A DNA stretch of 64,000 nucleotides from Actinomycetota bacterium (lineage in GTDB: Bacteria; Actinomycetota; UBA4738; HRBIN12). Made by a program: the position numbers and the translations under genes. Positions 52,531-63,789 of this stretch are shown one piece after another; position 1 is the stretch's first letter, and every line of letters begins with the position of its first letter. The stretch spans positions 5,410 to 69,409 of the forward strand of contig JBBRWM010000011.1 in NCBI GenBank assembly GCA_038249195.1, read 5' to 3'. The notes beneath the pieces are model-generated. The model was given only the letters and a program-made list of their open reading frames with translations. It made no database searches and was not told the DNA's origin.

Positions 52531-52697
52531 GCCTGGGGGACGCGTCCTCGGGGCGTTGAACCAGAGGCACGGGACCCGAGGGCGCGAGCTAAGGGCACGG
52601 GACCCCCCCCACACAGCGGCAGATCCTCCTCGTTCTCGACCTGCGTGATCGTTGCCACGGACGGAAGGCCGGAGCCACGCGAGGGCCTGAGGTGGGA

Positions 52698-53384
52698 TCA
52701 GATGCGCGGGAGGGTTGCGATCCCGGAGACCGCGAACACCAGCAACACGGCCGCGATCGCCCCGGCGGTCACGCGCACGGCTCGGAACTCGAATCGCTGT
52801 GCCACCGCGACGAGGAACAGCACGGTCGCGAGCAGCACGGTCTGGCGGACGTAACGGTCGGCGGTCTCTCGCGCCGCCGTGCCCTCCGCGAAGGCGGCGC
52901 TCGCCTGGTCGTTCAAGACGTCGGCCTTCTCGCTCAGGGAGTTGTGGTACTGGGGCATGAAGGTCGGCCCCGGGGCCGTGTCCGGGTTCTTGAAGGGATG
53001 CGTCGCGACCCACGCGTCGAAGGCGACCTTGAATTCCGGACTGAAGCGCCGGACGTAGAGCTGGGCTACCTCGTGGTCGCCCGTCTGCTCCTCGGCGATC
53101 CACGTGTTGAACGTCACGACGTCGAGCAGCTTCTGATCTCGACCGTCCACGTCCGCGGCGTCGGCCTCGATCCGCAGGCGCGACGAGGTCCCGTAGAGGT
53201 ACGACTGGCGTCCGTCCCAACGGGCCGCCTGGTATCCGCTCCAGGCCGTGGCCACGGCAACGACGGCCAGGAGGATGACCTCCATGATCTCGGACACCTC
53301 CTTCCAACCACGACGACGCCGCGCCGCCTCGTGGTGCGATTCGCTCAACTTGTGAGCGACCTCGACGTTCATCCCCTCGGGCAT
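52698..53384 (-). CDS. DUF4337-like membrane protein
   Basis: The ATG follows AGGAGGTG. It has an N-terminal charged helix, a TM helix (VILLAVVAVATAW), a helical middle, and two C-terminal TM helices. Confidence 0.65.
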   Translation of the reverse strand: MPEGMNVEVAHKLSESHHEAARRRRGWKEVSEIMEVILLAVVAVATAWSGYQAARWDGRQSYLYGTSSRLRIEADAADVDGRDQKLLDVVTFNTWIAEEQTGDHEVAQLYVRRFSPEFKVAFDAWVATHPFKNPDTAPGPTFMPQYHNSLSEKADVLNDQASAAFAEGTAARETADRYVRQTVLLATVLFLVAVAQRFEFRAVRVTAGAIAAVLLVFAVSGIATLPRI

Positions 53385-53444
53385 CGCCACCTCCTGGCCG
53401 AGCAGCGTAGCGGAGGAGGGGGAGTCGTCCTGTACGCTAGTGAG

Positions 53445-53654
53445 GTGCCAGACAGCGCGGGGAAGCGGCAACGTCGTGAAGTGAAGGCGAAGAAGGCCGC
53501 CGCCATCGAGGAACGGCGCCTCGCGCGCAGGAAGCGCGACGAGGACCGCGCCGCAGGTCTCATCGAACCCGGGACCCCGATCGAGGAGGCCGAGGATCCA
53601 CTCGGACTCCCGGCCGAGGAACCGCAGAGCGATCGGAACGGCACGGAGCCCTAA
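53445..53654 (+). CDS. Possible small highly charged protein upstream of the helicase
   Basis: (V)PDSAGKRQRREVKAKKAAAIEERRLARRKRDEDRAAGLIEPGTPIEEAEDPLGLPAEEPQSDRNGTEP ends in TAA, which is rare here. No convincing SD. Confidence 0.3.
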   Translation: MPDSAGKRQRREVKAKKAAAIEERRLARRKRDEDRAAGLIEPGTPIEEAEDPLGLPAEEPQSDRNGTEP

Positions 53655-53790
53655 GGGCTCGTTGCAAGCCGACGTCGCCGGCCCGTGGGCCGGCAAGGAA
53701 TCATCCAACAGCGCCCACGAAGGACCTCCGCTGTGGAACGAGGCATCGAAGCACTCGACGCCCACAGAGGAACGAGCCGAGGAGGCTGTT

Positions 53791-55052
<1,262 letters not shown>

Positions 55053-55056
<4 letters not shown>

Positions 55057-55505
55057 GCCTGGTGCTCGGTCGGGCGGGTCACGTCGGCGACGTCCGCGCG
55101 GAGTTCGGCGAGCAACGCGTCGGCATCGACGTGGAGGTTCACGCCCCGGGCTCCGCCCCCGATCGCCACGAGCCCACGCCCCCGCACGGCCGCGTCCGCT
55201 ACCACGGGCCAGGCCACGCGTGAGCCGAAGGGCGTGATCGCTCCGCGTTGATAGCCCGTGGCCGCCCTTGCCTCATCCGCGTCGGGCAGCGATAGACGCT
55301 TCGCGCCGAGGTGGGCGCGGAGCCGGGGCCAGTCGATCTGGCGCCCGGCGGGGACCAGCACGAAGACGTAGTCCTCGACCCCGCGCCGGATCACGATCGT
55401 GCGCAGCAGCCGGTCGAGGGAGATCCCCTGCAGGGCCGCGCTCTGTTCTGCGCTCGTGGGCGCCTGCGTCCGCGACACCGAGAACGCGAGCGACGATCCG
55501 ATCAT
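55053..55505 (-). CDS. YbaK/EbsC-family aminoacyl-tRNA deacylase
   Basis: ..YVFVLVPAGRQIDWPRLRAHLGAKRLSLPDADEARAATGYQRGAITPFG.. The start is inferred. Confidence 0.7.
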
Positions 55506-55605
55506 GGCGCGGGTGGCCGGTGTCGGCGGGTCGATCCCAGGACCGGTCAGCGGGGACACGTAGCCCAGACTAACGCTGAGCGTGCGCCGCGCCGATAGGA
55601 CGTGC

Positions 55606-56532
55606 ATGTCGTTCACCGCGCTGGTCCTGCTGGCCTGGGTCGTCGCCGTGCTTGTCCTCGTTGCCGTCCTGATCGGACCCAAGTTCGTGCGGCAGCAACG
55701 ATTCAAGCGACGCTACGACGCCGCGTCCGTGACCTCCCGCGGCGTGTACAAGTGGAAGACGCTGCTCCCGCCGATCCTCCTCTTGGCGGCGGCGGCCTGC
55801 CTCGCGCTGGCGTTCGGGCAGTTCCGCCTGAGCAGGCAAGCCAAGGAAGCCACCGTGGTGATGGCGATCGATGTCTCCGATTCCATGGACCAGACCGACG
55901 TCCTGCCCAGCCGCATCGCGGCGGCGCAGCACGCCGCGCAGGCATTCGTGCAGAAGCTCCCCGAGGGCTATCGGGTCGGGCTCGTGACGTTCGCGGGGAA
56001 GGCGCGCGTGCTCGTGACCCCGTCGTCGAACCGCGGGCCGCTCGACGGGGCCATCGCGTCGCTCACGACGAGCCGCGGGACCGTGATCGGTGACGGGCTC
56101 TCGTCGGCGCTCGACGCCATCGAGGCGGACCGAAGCGCCAATGGCGACGCGGCCGCGGCCGTCGTGCTGCTTTCCGACGGCGCGGACACGGGCAGCCAGG
56201 TGACCCCGCAGCAGGCCGCGGAGCGCGCGCGCTCGATGGAGGTCCCGGTCTTCACGGTGGTCTTGCGAGGGACGGAGCGCCCCGAGGTGCCCGCCGCATC
56301 GGCCTCCCCCGCGGCCGGCGGGAGCCTGTTGGAAGAGCTGTCAGCGAGCACCGAGGCACAGACCTTCTCGGCGCAGTCCGCGGGCGAGTTGACGAAGGTC
56401 TACCAAACGCTCGGCGCGCAGCTGTCCTACGACCTGGCGGTGGGCGGCTCGGCCAAGGCGTTCTTGCTCCTCGCGGCCCTCCTCGGGGTGGCGGCGGGGC
56501 TGGCCGCGCTCGCCATATCCAAGACCGAGTAG
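55606..56532 (+). CDS. Membrane-anchored von Willebrand factor A (BatA-like) protein
   Basis: N- and C-terminal TM helices. MIDAS motif VMAIDVSDSM, plus VVLLSDGADT. Confidence 0.8.
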   Translation: MSFTALVLLAWVVAVLVLVAVLIGPKFVRQQRFKRRYDAASVTSRGVYKWKTLLPPILLLAAAACLALAFGQFRLSRQAKEATVVMAIDVSDSMDQTDVLPSRIAAAQHAAQAFVQKLPEGYRVGLVTFAGKARVLVTPSSNRGPLDGAIASLTTSRGTVIGDGLSSALDAIEADRSANGDAAAAVVLLSDGADTGSQVTPQQAAERARSMEVPVFTVVLRGTERPEVPAASASPAAGGSLLEELSASTEAQTFSAQSAGELTKVYQTLGAQLSYDLAVGGSAKAFLLLAALLGVAAGLAALAISKTE

Positions 56533-56535
56533 TTC

Positions 56536-56715
56536 CTAGCGGTAGGAGAGCCCCCACTGCTCGCGCTCACGTCGAGCGAGCTCCTGGACGGCCGCGCGCA
56601 CGGCGTCGTCTTGGGGGTTGTCTGCGAGCCACGCTCGTGCTTCGGCGAACGCGGAGGCGATGTCGTTGGGGGAGGTGGCGCCCGACATCAGCGCCAATAC
56701 GTCGTTGTGATCCAT
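56536..56715 (-). CDS. Small hypothetical protein
   Basis: MDHNDVLALMSGATSPNDIASAFAEARAWLADNPQDDAVRAAVQELARREREQWGLSYR is helical and protein-like. Confidence 0.35.
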   Translation of the reverse strand: MDHNDVLALMSGATSPNDIASAFAEARAWLADNPQDDAVRAAVQELARREREQWGLSYR

Positions 56716-56790
56716 ACCTACCTTTGTACCCGCAGAACGCGGTCGCGCGTGGGATATGAGCCCGTTTCCACACCACCGACACAACTTCGT

Positions 56791-57747
56791 TCAGCCGCAG
56801 GGGGTGCGCATGTGGTTGTGGTTCGTGACGAAGATCGGCCGCCCCTGGCCATCCGTACCGATGGTGTGGACCGTGTAGGTGCCTTTGTGGCGGGCGCACC
56901 CGGTTCGGAAGCGCGCCACGCCCCAGCTCCCATCGGCGCGCACTCGCGTTTCGAAGATCGGGTTGTCCGTGGTCCCGGTCCAGTTCAACCCCACCCGGGT
57001 CCCCGGCAGGAATCCGACGCCATCCGCCCGCCAGTGCATGGGTCGCACGTTCCCGGAGAACGTGTAGCACGTGAACCACGTGGAAAAGATCGCCACGGAT
57101 GTCGGGAATCGCTGCGTGGGAGATGACGTGCGCACCTTGTAGAAGCCGGAGGGGACGTTCGGTTGCACGTAGTGGCCCGCGACCGATCCGAACCGGTCGG
57201 TGCTCACGACCTTCGCCGTGACCGTGTCGCCGGCGCCGGACAACAGGAACACGCGGATGCGCTCCCGGGCGGGGTAGCCCGTGAGGTCGAAGGCCGCGGT
57301 GTAAGAGCTCCTCGATTGCAGCCGCTGCTGGGCGCAGACCCGGTCGAAGGGCGCCAGCTGCGTATCACCTTGCCGCAGCCGTTCCCTGATCGTGAAGGTG
57401 ACGGCCGCCGACCGGCGCCCCGATGCGTCAACGGCGGATATCAGGTGAGCGCCGCCGGGGTTGCGAGGAACCGTGAAGGCGACGCTGAAGGTGCCCGAGC
57501 GCGTCGTGGTCGTGGACGCCACCTTGACGGCGCCGCGGACCCGGTCCTGGAAGTGCACCGAGACCTTCCGGCGGTGTGCGAATCCACGCCCATGGACCGT
57601 GACCTTCGCTCCGACCGGTCCCACCGACCGCGACAGCGAGATCGACGGATGATGCGCGGAGGCGGAGGCGGAGGCCGGCGAGGCCAGTGCCGGGGCGATG
57701 CACGTCCCCAGGAGCGCGATCGCGAGGAGGGTTCGGATCCGGATCAT
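56791..57747 (-). CDS. Secreted hypothetical protein with Ig-like (IPT/TIG-like) repeats
   Basis: Signal peptide MIRIRTLLAIALLGTCIAPALA, followed by beta-rich repeats (GAKVTVHGRGF.., VTAKVVSTDRFGS..). Confidence 0.6.
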   Translation of the reverse strand: MIRIRTLLAIALLGTCIAPALASPASASASAHHPSISLSRSVGPVGAKVTVHGRGFAHRRKVSVHFQDRVRGAVKVASTTTTRSGTFSVAFTVPRNPGGAHLISAVDASGRRSAAVTFTIRERLRQGDTQLAPFDRVCAQQRLQSRSSYTAAFDLTGYPARERIRVFLLSGAGDTVTAKVVSTDRFGSVAGHYVQPNVPSGFYKVRTSSPTQRFPTSVAIFSTWFTCYTFSGNVRPMHWRADGVGFLPGTRVGLNWTGTTDNPIFETRVRADGSWGVARFRTGCARHKGTYTVHTIGTDGQGRPIFVTNHNHMRTPCG

Positions 57748-57772
57748 GGCTGGATAGTATCCCCGCTCAGCG

Positions 57773-58597
57773 CTACAGCGTCTGCGGGCCTGAGCGCTCG
57801 AGCCAGGTCGTCAGCGGCTCGAAGCCCGTGCGCAGGAGGAACTGGTGGCCGCCGCCGGGCACCTCGAGCCGATCGGCGGCTGGGAGAAACGAGGCCCAGG
57901 CCTCCTGTGCCCGGATGGGGACCCGGTGGTCGTCTGCGGCGTTTACCAGCAGCGCGGGCGGCGCCGGGTCCATCCGAGCCAGGGCACCGACCTCCTCACG
58001 GATCGAGGGGTCGGACAGGAGCGAGGCCAGGGTCCAGGCGCGGGCACGCACGGTGGGCCGTGCGAAGTCCATCACCACGGCGGCCGAATACCCCCGAGCG
58101 AGTCCCACGGGGAGCGCGACCAGCGGCCAGACCAGCCGGGCCGTGGCAGCCAGGCCGCGTCGTCCGAGGGAGGGTCGCATCTCCCTTGGGTCGCGTGGCC
58201 CGAGGTGCGCCCCCGTCGGGAACGGGGTGGCCGCGAGGGCGAGGGCTCGCACCCGGCGCGGATCGCGGACGCACCACAGGGCCCCGAGCACCCCGCCCAG
58301 CGAATGGCCCACCACGGCGAGCGGTCCCGACGACGAGGCGTCGGCGACCACGGCATCCAGGTCGCCGAGGTGGAAGGCGCGGTCGTAGTCGAGTTCGGGC
58401 TTGTCGGACCCCCCGAACCCGCCCAGGTCCGGCGCGATCACGGTGTATCGGTCGCCCAGCTGGTCGGCGAGCCCCTGCCAGTAGCGGCCGGACCCGCCGA
58501 GGCCGTGGATCGCCAACACCGCCGGTCCCGAGCCCGCGGACCAGACGCGCATGCGACCCCATGGCCGCGCGAGGTCGTGACGTCGCAGTCGCGTCAT
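57773..58597 (-). CDS. Alpha/beta hydrolase
   Basis: VLAIHGLGGSGRYW, the GHSLGG nucleophile elbow, and a C-terminal GGGHQF. Confidence 0.85.
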   Translation of the reverse strand: MTRLRRHDLARPWGRMRVWSAGSGPAVLAIHGLGGSGRYWQGLADQLGDRYTVIAPDLGGFGGSDKPELDYDRAFHLGDLDAVVADASSSGPLAVVGHSLGGVLGALWCVRDPRRVRALALAATPFPTGAHLGPRDPREMRPSLGRRGLAATARLVWPLVALPVGLARGYSAAVVMDFARPTVRARAWTLASLLSDPSIREEVGALARMDPAPPALLVNAADDHRVPIRAQEAWASFLPAADRLEVPGGGHQFLLRTGFEPLTTWLERSGPQTL

Positions 58598-58619
58598 CGC
58601 CCGCCCGGAACTTCGGACG

Positions 58620-60113
58620 CTAGTACCCCGGCTCGGCGACCAGGCGCCCGCTGGCGACCTCGGCCTGCATCGCCGCGTAGTCCTTCTCGTTCTGGGCCGC
58701 GTAGGCGGTCGCGAAGTCGGCCATCGCACGGTCGAGCGCGTCGCCCTTGCCCATGTAGGCCGCGATGGCGATGCGGTCGCCCGACCGAGCGTGAGCCCGC
58801 GCCAGGGTCCACCCGCACATGTGGGCATACAGCGCCATCCCCTCGGGCGCCATCGCATCGATCACCGCCGAGCCCTTCCAGTCCCGGAGCTGACGAACGT
58901 AGAAGTCCCGCTCCACCCCGTCCATCCCGGTGACGTGCTCCCATCCCAGGAAGATGTCGCTGGTCGTCTGCATCAGGCGCTGCCCCGCCACCACGCGCCG
59001 CCCGTGGTTCGCGAATGCGCTCTTGCCGACGAACCGCTCCAACACCGATTCCTGCGCCTCCTTCATCTGCAGGAACAGCGGGTCCTGAGCGTCGCGCCCG
59101 AGGAGGAGCCCGATCCAAGCCCTGGTGCCCACGCTGCCGACGCCGACCACTTTCCGCGCGATCTGCACCATCCGGAATTGCTCCAGCAGGTGGCGCCGAT
59201 CGGTTTCGAGCGTCTTGCGGTAGCCCCGGAGCAGCCGGTGGAGCAGATGCTCCATGCCCTGGCGGGCCTCCTCGTCGAGCAGATCCTCCAGCGGGACGAT
59301 CAGCGGTGGCTGCGCCACGATACGGGGCTCGCCGCCGGAGGGATCCGTGAGCTTGGTAAGGACCTGCAGGCTGTCGCGCGTCCGGGCCTTCGCGACGTTC
59401 TTCTCGACACGCTTCACCTCTTTGCGGTCGACGGAGGCGGCCATCGCCTTCACGTACGCATCGAGATCGAGATGCTGGTACCAGACGGCGAGGTTCCCCA
59501 TCTGCGAGAACTCCCGCATGGCCTCGCGGTAGGCGCGGGCAGCCTTCAAAACGACCCGGCGTCGATCGGCGTCATCGAACTCGTTATCGCGCCCGGCGAT
59601 CTCCAAGCTGGCGACGAGCCGCTTCAGGTCCCACTCCCATGGCCCCGGCAGGGTCTCGTCGAAGTCGTTGATGTCGAAGATCAGGTTGCGCTCCGGGGAG
59701 CCGAAGGCCCCGAAGTTCGACAAGTGGGCGTCGCCGCATATCTGAGCCCGGAGCCCGGAGTCGGGGGTGCCGTCGAGGTCCGACGCCATGATCAAGGCCG
59801 CGCCCCGGTAGAACGTGAAGGCGGAGACACCCATGCGTCCGTACCGGATCGGGAGGAGTTCGGGGACGCGATCGCGGCCCTGCGCTTCGAGCAACGCGAT
59901 CGGATCGGGCCGGCTGTCCGAAGGGACGAACTCGCCGTGGCTCTCCCGCGGCACGTCGGCACGGGCGACCTTGCCCCGCGCGGCCCGCTCTGCGGGCGTC
60001 GGGTGTGGCACGCGGGATTGGCCGGGGTAGCGACGCCCCGCTTCGCTCCGGTCTGGGGTCTCGCTCTCTTCGGGGCCGGTCGATCCTTCGTCGGTATGCG
60101 TTGACACGGTCAT
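58620..60113 (-). CDS. DUF2252 domain protein
   Basis: LLPIRYGRM, FTFYRGAALIMASDL, ICGDAHLSNFG, and IFDINDFDETLPGPWEWDLKRL. The ATG follows GAGGAAGGG. Confidence 0.8.
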   Translation of the reverse strand: MTVSTHTDEGSTGPEESETPDRSEAGRRYPGQSRVPHPTPAERAARGKVARADVPRESHGEFVPSDSRPDPIALLEAQGRDRVPELLPIRYGRMGVSAFTFYRGAALIMASDLDGTPDSGLRAQICGDAHLSNFGAFGSPERNLIFDINDFDETLPGPWEWDLKRLVASLEIAGRDNEFDDADRRRVVLKAARAYREAMREFSQMGNLAVWYQHLDLDAYVKAMAASVDRKEVKRVEKNVAKARTRDSLQVLTKLTDPSGGEPRIVAQPPLIVPLEDLLDEEARQGMEHLLHRLLRGYRKTLETDRRHLLEQFRMVQIARKVVGVGSVGTRAWIGLLLGRDAQDPLFLQMKEAQESVLERFVGKSAFANHGRRVVAGQRLMQTTSDIFLGWEHVTGMDGVERDFYVRQLRDWKGSAVIDAMAPEGMALYAHMCGWTLARAHARSGDRIAIAAYMGKGDALDRAMADFATAYAAQNEKDYAAMQAEVASGRLVAEPGY

Positions 60114-60185
60114 CCCTTCCTCGTGCGCCGGGCTGGATACCCGTCCGTCGTCCGGTTTTCGTATCACATCATCGGCAGAACCGCC

Positions 60186-60788
60186 TCATCCCAGCGGCGT
60201 CAGGCGCTCGATCTCCGCCACGACACGTTCGAGCTCGTCGATCATCGAACTCTCGAAGCCGATCGCCCTCCTGGATCTGAACGCGTCCACCAGGCCGCGG
60301 TAGTACTGCAGCTGGAACGCCGCTCCGGTGTTGAACCGGTTCCAGACCCCGGGGCCTTCGTCTCGGAGGTCCCGCAGGATGCTGCGCGCATTGTGCAGTT
60401 TGTCCGAGAGCGACACCCGCAGCCCGGCGAGGGTCTCCGCCTCCCGAAGATGCGCCACGTAGCGATCCTTCCGCACCTGCGAGGGCGGTGGGTCGACCTC
60501 GAGGTGGTCGGTGCAGAACGCGACCAATAGCCTGACATCAGGTCCGAACCGGGTCTCGATCTCGTCGAGGCGGCCGGCGGGTCCTTCCTCGGTGGGGTGA
60601 TCCTCGGCGGCATCGTGCAGGAGCCCCGCCATCGCCTGCGTCTCGTCGCCACCGTCTTCGAGCACGAGCGCTGCGACGCTCAGCAGGTGGGTCAGATACG
60701 CCACGTCGCTTCCCTTGCGGCGGTCGTCACGATGCAAGGCGGACGCGTACGCGTACGCCTCGTCGAAGCGTTCCGTCAGCGCGCCCAC
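60186..60788 (-). CDS. HD domain protein (SpoT/RelA-type HD hydrolase-like)
   Basis: YLTHLLSVAALV, AGLLHDAAED, and SDKLHN. Confidence 0.8.
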   Translation of the reverse strand: MGALTERFDEAYAYASALHRDDRRKGSDVAYLTHLLSVAALVLEDGGDETQAMAGLLHDAAEDHPTEEGPAGRLDEIETRFGPDVRLLVAFCTDHLEVDPPPSQVRKDRYVAHLREAETLAGLRVSLSDKLHNARSILRDLRDEGPGVWNRFNTGAAFQLQYYRGLVDAFRSRRAIGFESSMIDELERVVAEIERLTPLG

Positions 60789-60840
60789 CGTTCCCCCCGT
60801 CTCCAGCAGAGCCTACGCGAGGACGCGGGAGGGGAACGAC

Positions 60841-61092
60841 CTAGGAGGCAGGGCGGAGCACGGGGGCGTTGTGCTCCCCGGTGTCGAGGATGCCGTCGAG
60901 GTCGGCCTCGGCCAACAGCGCGGCCTCACCGCACGGCACCTCGACGTCCCCAGGACCTGGACCGTCGGCGAGCGCGAAGGAGACGCCCGCCTGCCCGCGA
61001 ACCAGCCTGATACGGGCGTCGGGATCGAAGCGTCTCGCGGCCCTCTGGGCTTGCACGACTGCCTCGATCGCGCGTTCGGTGGGTCGGATCAC
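60841..61092 (-). CDS. Small hypothetical protein (HesB/IscA-like fold suspected)
   Basis: MIRPTERAIEAVVQAQRAA..IRLVRGQAGVSFALADGPGPGDVEV.. resembles Cys-less HesB-like proteins. The call is weak. Confidence 0.4.
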   Translation of the reverse strand: MIRPTERAIEAVVQAQRAARRFDPDARIRLVRGQAGVSFALADGPGPGDVEVPCGEAALLAEADLDGILDTGEHNAPVLRPAS

Positions 61093-61198
61093 CGCCCGAT
61101 GCTACTCCGCACCGGCTCGCCGAGGCGAGTGGCGCGGAGGACACGGGCCGGCCGGGACCTCGGCCGGGGAGGGGCCGGCATCCGGTACGGTCGAACGC

Positions 61199-62131
61199 AT
61201 GGCCGCCACGCTCACCGAGCGCTCCGAACGTCGTTCGCTGGGGATCGCTGCGGTCGCGCTCACCACGGTGATCTGGGGGCTCGTCCCGCTCGTCCTGCGC
61301 CGCATCGCGATGCCCACCTTGGCGTTCGCCTCGTATCGGCTGTGGATGGGGGTGCTCGTCTACGCGGCGGTCTTCGCCGTCACGGGGCGACGGCCCTCAT
61401 GGCGCGTCCTGAAGATCTGCGCGCTCGGCGGCGTGTTCTTCGGCGCCGACGTGTTCCTGAGCTTCACCTCGTTCCGACTCACCAGCATCGCGAACGCCAC
61501 GATCATCGCCGCGCTCGCGCCCGTGTTCATCACCCTCGGCGCGGCCCGGTGGTTCGGCGAGCGGGTGCAGCGCCGCGACGTCCTCTTCGTGGCGTTGTCG
61601 TTCGCCGGGGTCGTGGCTGTGGCGGTCGGCTCGGCGGGATCGCCGTCGTGGAGCCCGCTCGGCGACCTGGCGGCGCTCGCCAGCGTGTTCAGTTGGACCG
61701 CGTACTGGCTGTTCTCCAAGCGCGCTCGGGCCTCGGTGGGCGCCCTTGAGTACATGGCGCACGTCATGTTCGTGGCGGCGATCATGATCACGGCGCTGGG
61801 GTTCGCGACGGGGACGGACATGGCCCCGCCGCGCGGCATGGACTGGGTCTGGGTCTGGCTGGTTACCATCTTCGCCGGCGCCGTGGGCCACTCGTTCATC
61901 GCCTGGTCGCACCATCACGTGGAGGCGTGGCTGGCGGCCTTGATCACGCAGTGCCAGCCCGTCGTGGCCACGGTGGCAGCCTGGGTGGTCTTCGGCGAGG
62001 TCCTCACGCCGATCGCGCTCGCCGGGGCCGGCGTGGTCCTGGTGGCTACCGCGGCGATCCTCGTCCGTGGCGCGTTGCGCCGCCCCGACGGCCCTGACGA
62101 TCCCACGGAGATCCCCGCCCCCGGCGGCTAG
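61199..62131 (+). CDS. DMT (EamA) family transporter
   Basis: About ten hydrophobic helices in two EamA-like halves. Confidence 0.85.
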   Translation: MAATLTERSERRSLGIAAVALTTVIWGLVPLVLRRIAMPTLAFASYRLWMGVLVYAAVFAVTGRRPSWRVLKICALGGVFFGADVFLSFTSFRLTSIANATIIAALAPVFITLGAARWFGERVQRRDVLFVALSFAGVVAVAVGSAGSPSWSPLGDLAALASVFSWTAYWLFSKRARASVGALEYMAHVMFVAAIMITALGFATGTDMAPPRGMDWVWVWLVTIFAGAVGHSFIAWSHHHVEAWLAALITQCQPVVATVAAWVVFGEVLTPIALAGAGVVLVATAAILVRGALRRPDGPDDPTEIPAPGG

Positions 62132-62159
62132 GCCCTTTGCGCCATCGTCGCCGGCGAGC

Positions 62160-63788
62160 TCAGCGGCGCTTGTGGTCGCGCAGCACCCGATGCGCCGCCA
62201 CGTAGCCGGGCGCCCCCGTGACGCCTCCACCCGGATGCACGCCGGCGCCGCACAGGTAGAGGCCCTCCACGGGGGTGCGGTAGTGCGACCAGCCCGGCAC
62301 GGGCCGCATGAAGAAGAGCTGCTCGATGTTGAGATCGCCGTGAAAGATGTTGCCCTCCGTGAGGCCGTACGTGCGCTCGAGGTCGAGCGGGGTCACCACC
62401 TGCATCGCTTGCACGGCGGCCGGCACGTTGGGCGCGTACCGCGCCACCTTGGCCAAGACACGTTCGCCCAGGAGGTCGCGGTGACGATCCCAGGTGCCGT
62501 CGCGTAGCTCATAGGGGACGTACTGCACGAAGCAGGTCATGACGTGGGTGCCCTCGGGGGCGAGCGACGGATCGACGTTGGAGGCCACGACGCAGTCGAC
62601 CCACAGGTCATCGGGGATCTCGCCCCACTTCGCGATGTCGTACATGCGCTCGGCCCCCTCGAGGGTGGGCACGAGCGTGGCGAGCGAGCGCCGGTTGGCG
62701 TCGGCGTCGGCCGGCATGCCCGTGAAGCGCGGCTCTTCCCCCAGCGCGAGGTTCACCTTCGCGCACGGGCCCGACATCTTGATGGCCTCGACGCCGCGCC
62801 GGTAGTCCTCGGGGACCTCGTTCGCGTCCACGAGGCCGAGGATCGTGCGCTTGGGGTCGGCGTTCGATACCACCACGCGTGCGCGCACCTCCGTCCCGTC
62901 TTCGAGTACCACGCCGATGGCGCGGCCGTTCGTTGCGAGGATGCGCTGCACGGGCGTACCCGTGCGGATCTCGGCCCCGTGCTCGCGGGCGGCGTCCGCG
63001 ATCGCCGTCGTGATCGCCCCCATGCCTCCCATCACGTGTCCGTAGAAGCCCTGGATCGCATCGTCGCCGCCCGAGAGCATGTGGAACATCAGGCCGATCG
63101 CGGTCCCCGGGCGATACGGCGGGGCGTGCATGCCGTACACGTTGTTGGCCAGGTACATCCGTTTGACGTACTCGGACTCGAAGTTCCGGTCGAGGAACTC
63201 GCCGAGCGAACCCGTGAGGAACGAGGCGAGGCCGGTGATGTCGTTCCCGTCGATGGTGCGGAAGCGCTTGAAGAGGCGGCGCCCTTCCTGGAGCCGGGCC
63301 CACCCCCTGGCGTGCACATCGGGCGGCTCTTCCAGGAAGAAGGGCTGCAGGTAGCGAACGAGCTGCCTGAGCCGCTTGTCCACCTCGTCGAACCTGGCCG
63401 CGTCGGCGGCCGAGAGCTTCGCGATCTCCGCCATGGTCCGTGCGTGCTCGGTCCACCAGGGCAGCACCGTCCCCTCCTCGAACACCGACTGGAGGCCGGG
63501 CTCGCACGCCACCATCTTCAGTCCCCGCCGTCCGAGCTCCAGGTCGCGGATCACCTCCGGCCGCAACATGGATGCGATGTAGGACGTCGTGGAGGCGCGG
63601 ACGCCCGGGGCGATCTCCTCGGTCACGCACGCGCCGCCCACGATCTCCCGACGCTCGAGGACCAGCGTTCGCATGCCGCCGCGGGCGAGGTAGGCCGCCG
63701 CCGTGAGTCCGTTGTGCCCCCCGCCGACCACGATGGCGTCGTACCGGCTTCGGCTCACGTTCGTCGATCCCTCCCCAGCTCGTTCCAT
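62160..63788 (-). CDS. Phytoene-desaturase-family NAD(P)/FAD-dependent oxidoreductase (CrtI-like)
   Basis: YDAIVVGGGHNGLTAAAYLARGG (dinucleotide fold) and C-terminal LYLCGAGVHPGGGVTGAPG. The ATG lies 1 nt after the upstream TGA. Confidence 0.85.
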   Translation of the reverse strand: MERAGEGSTNVSRSRYDAIVVGGGHNGLTAAAYLARGGMRTLVLERREIVGGACVTEEIAPGVRASTTSYIASMLRPEVIRDLELGRRGLKMVACEPGLQSVFEEGTVLPWWTEHARTMAEIAKLSAADAARFDEVDKRLRQLVRYLQPFFLEEPPDVHARGWARLQEGRRLFKRFRTIDGNDITGLASFLTGSLGEFLDRNFESEYVKRMYLANNVYGMHAPPYRPGTAIGLMFHMLSGGDDAIQGFYGHVMGGMGAITTAIADAAREHGAEIRTGTPVQRILATNGRAIGVVLEDGTEVRARVVVSNADPKRTILGLVDANEVPEDYRRGVEAIKMSGPCAKVNLALGEEPRFTGMPADADANRRSLATLVPTLEGAERMYDIAKWGEIPDDLWVDCVVASNVDPSLAPEGTHVMTCFVQYVPYELRDGTWDRHRDLLGERVLAKVARYAPNVPAAVQAMQVVTPLDLERTYGLTEGNIFHGDLNIEQLFFMRPVPGWSHYRTPVEGLYLCGAGVHPGGGVTGAPGYVAAHRVLRDHKRR

Positions 63789-63789
63789 C

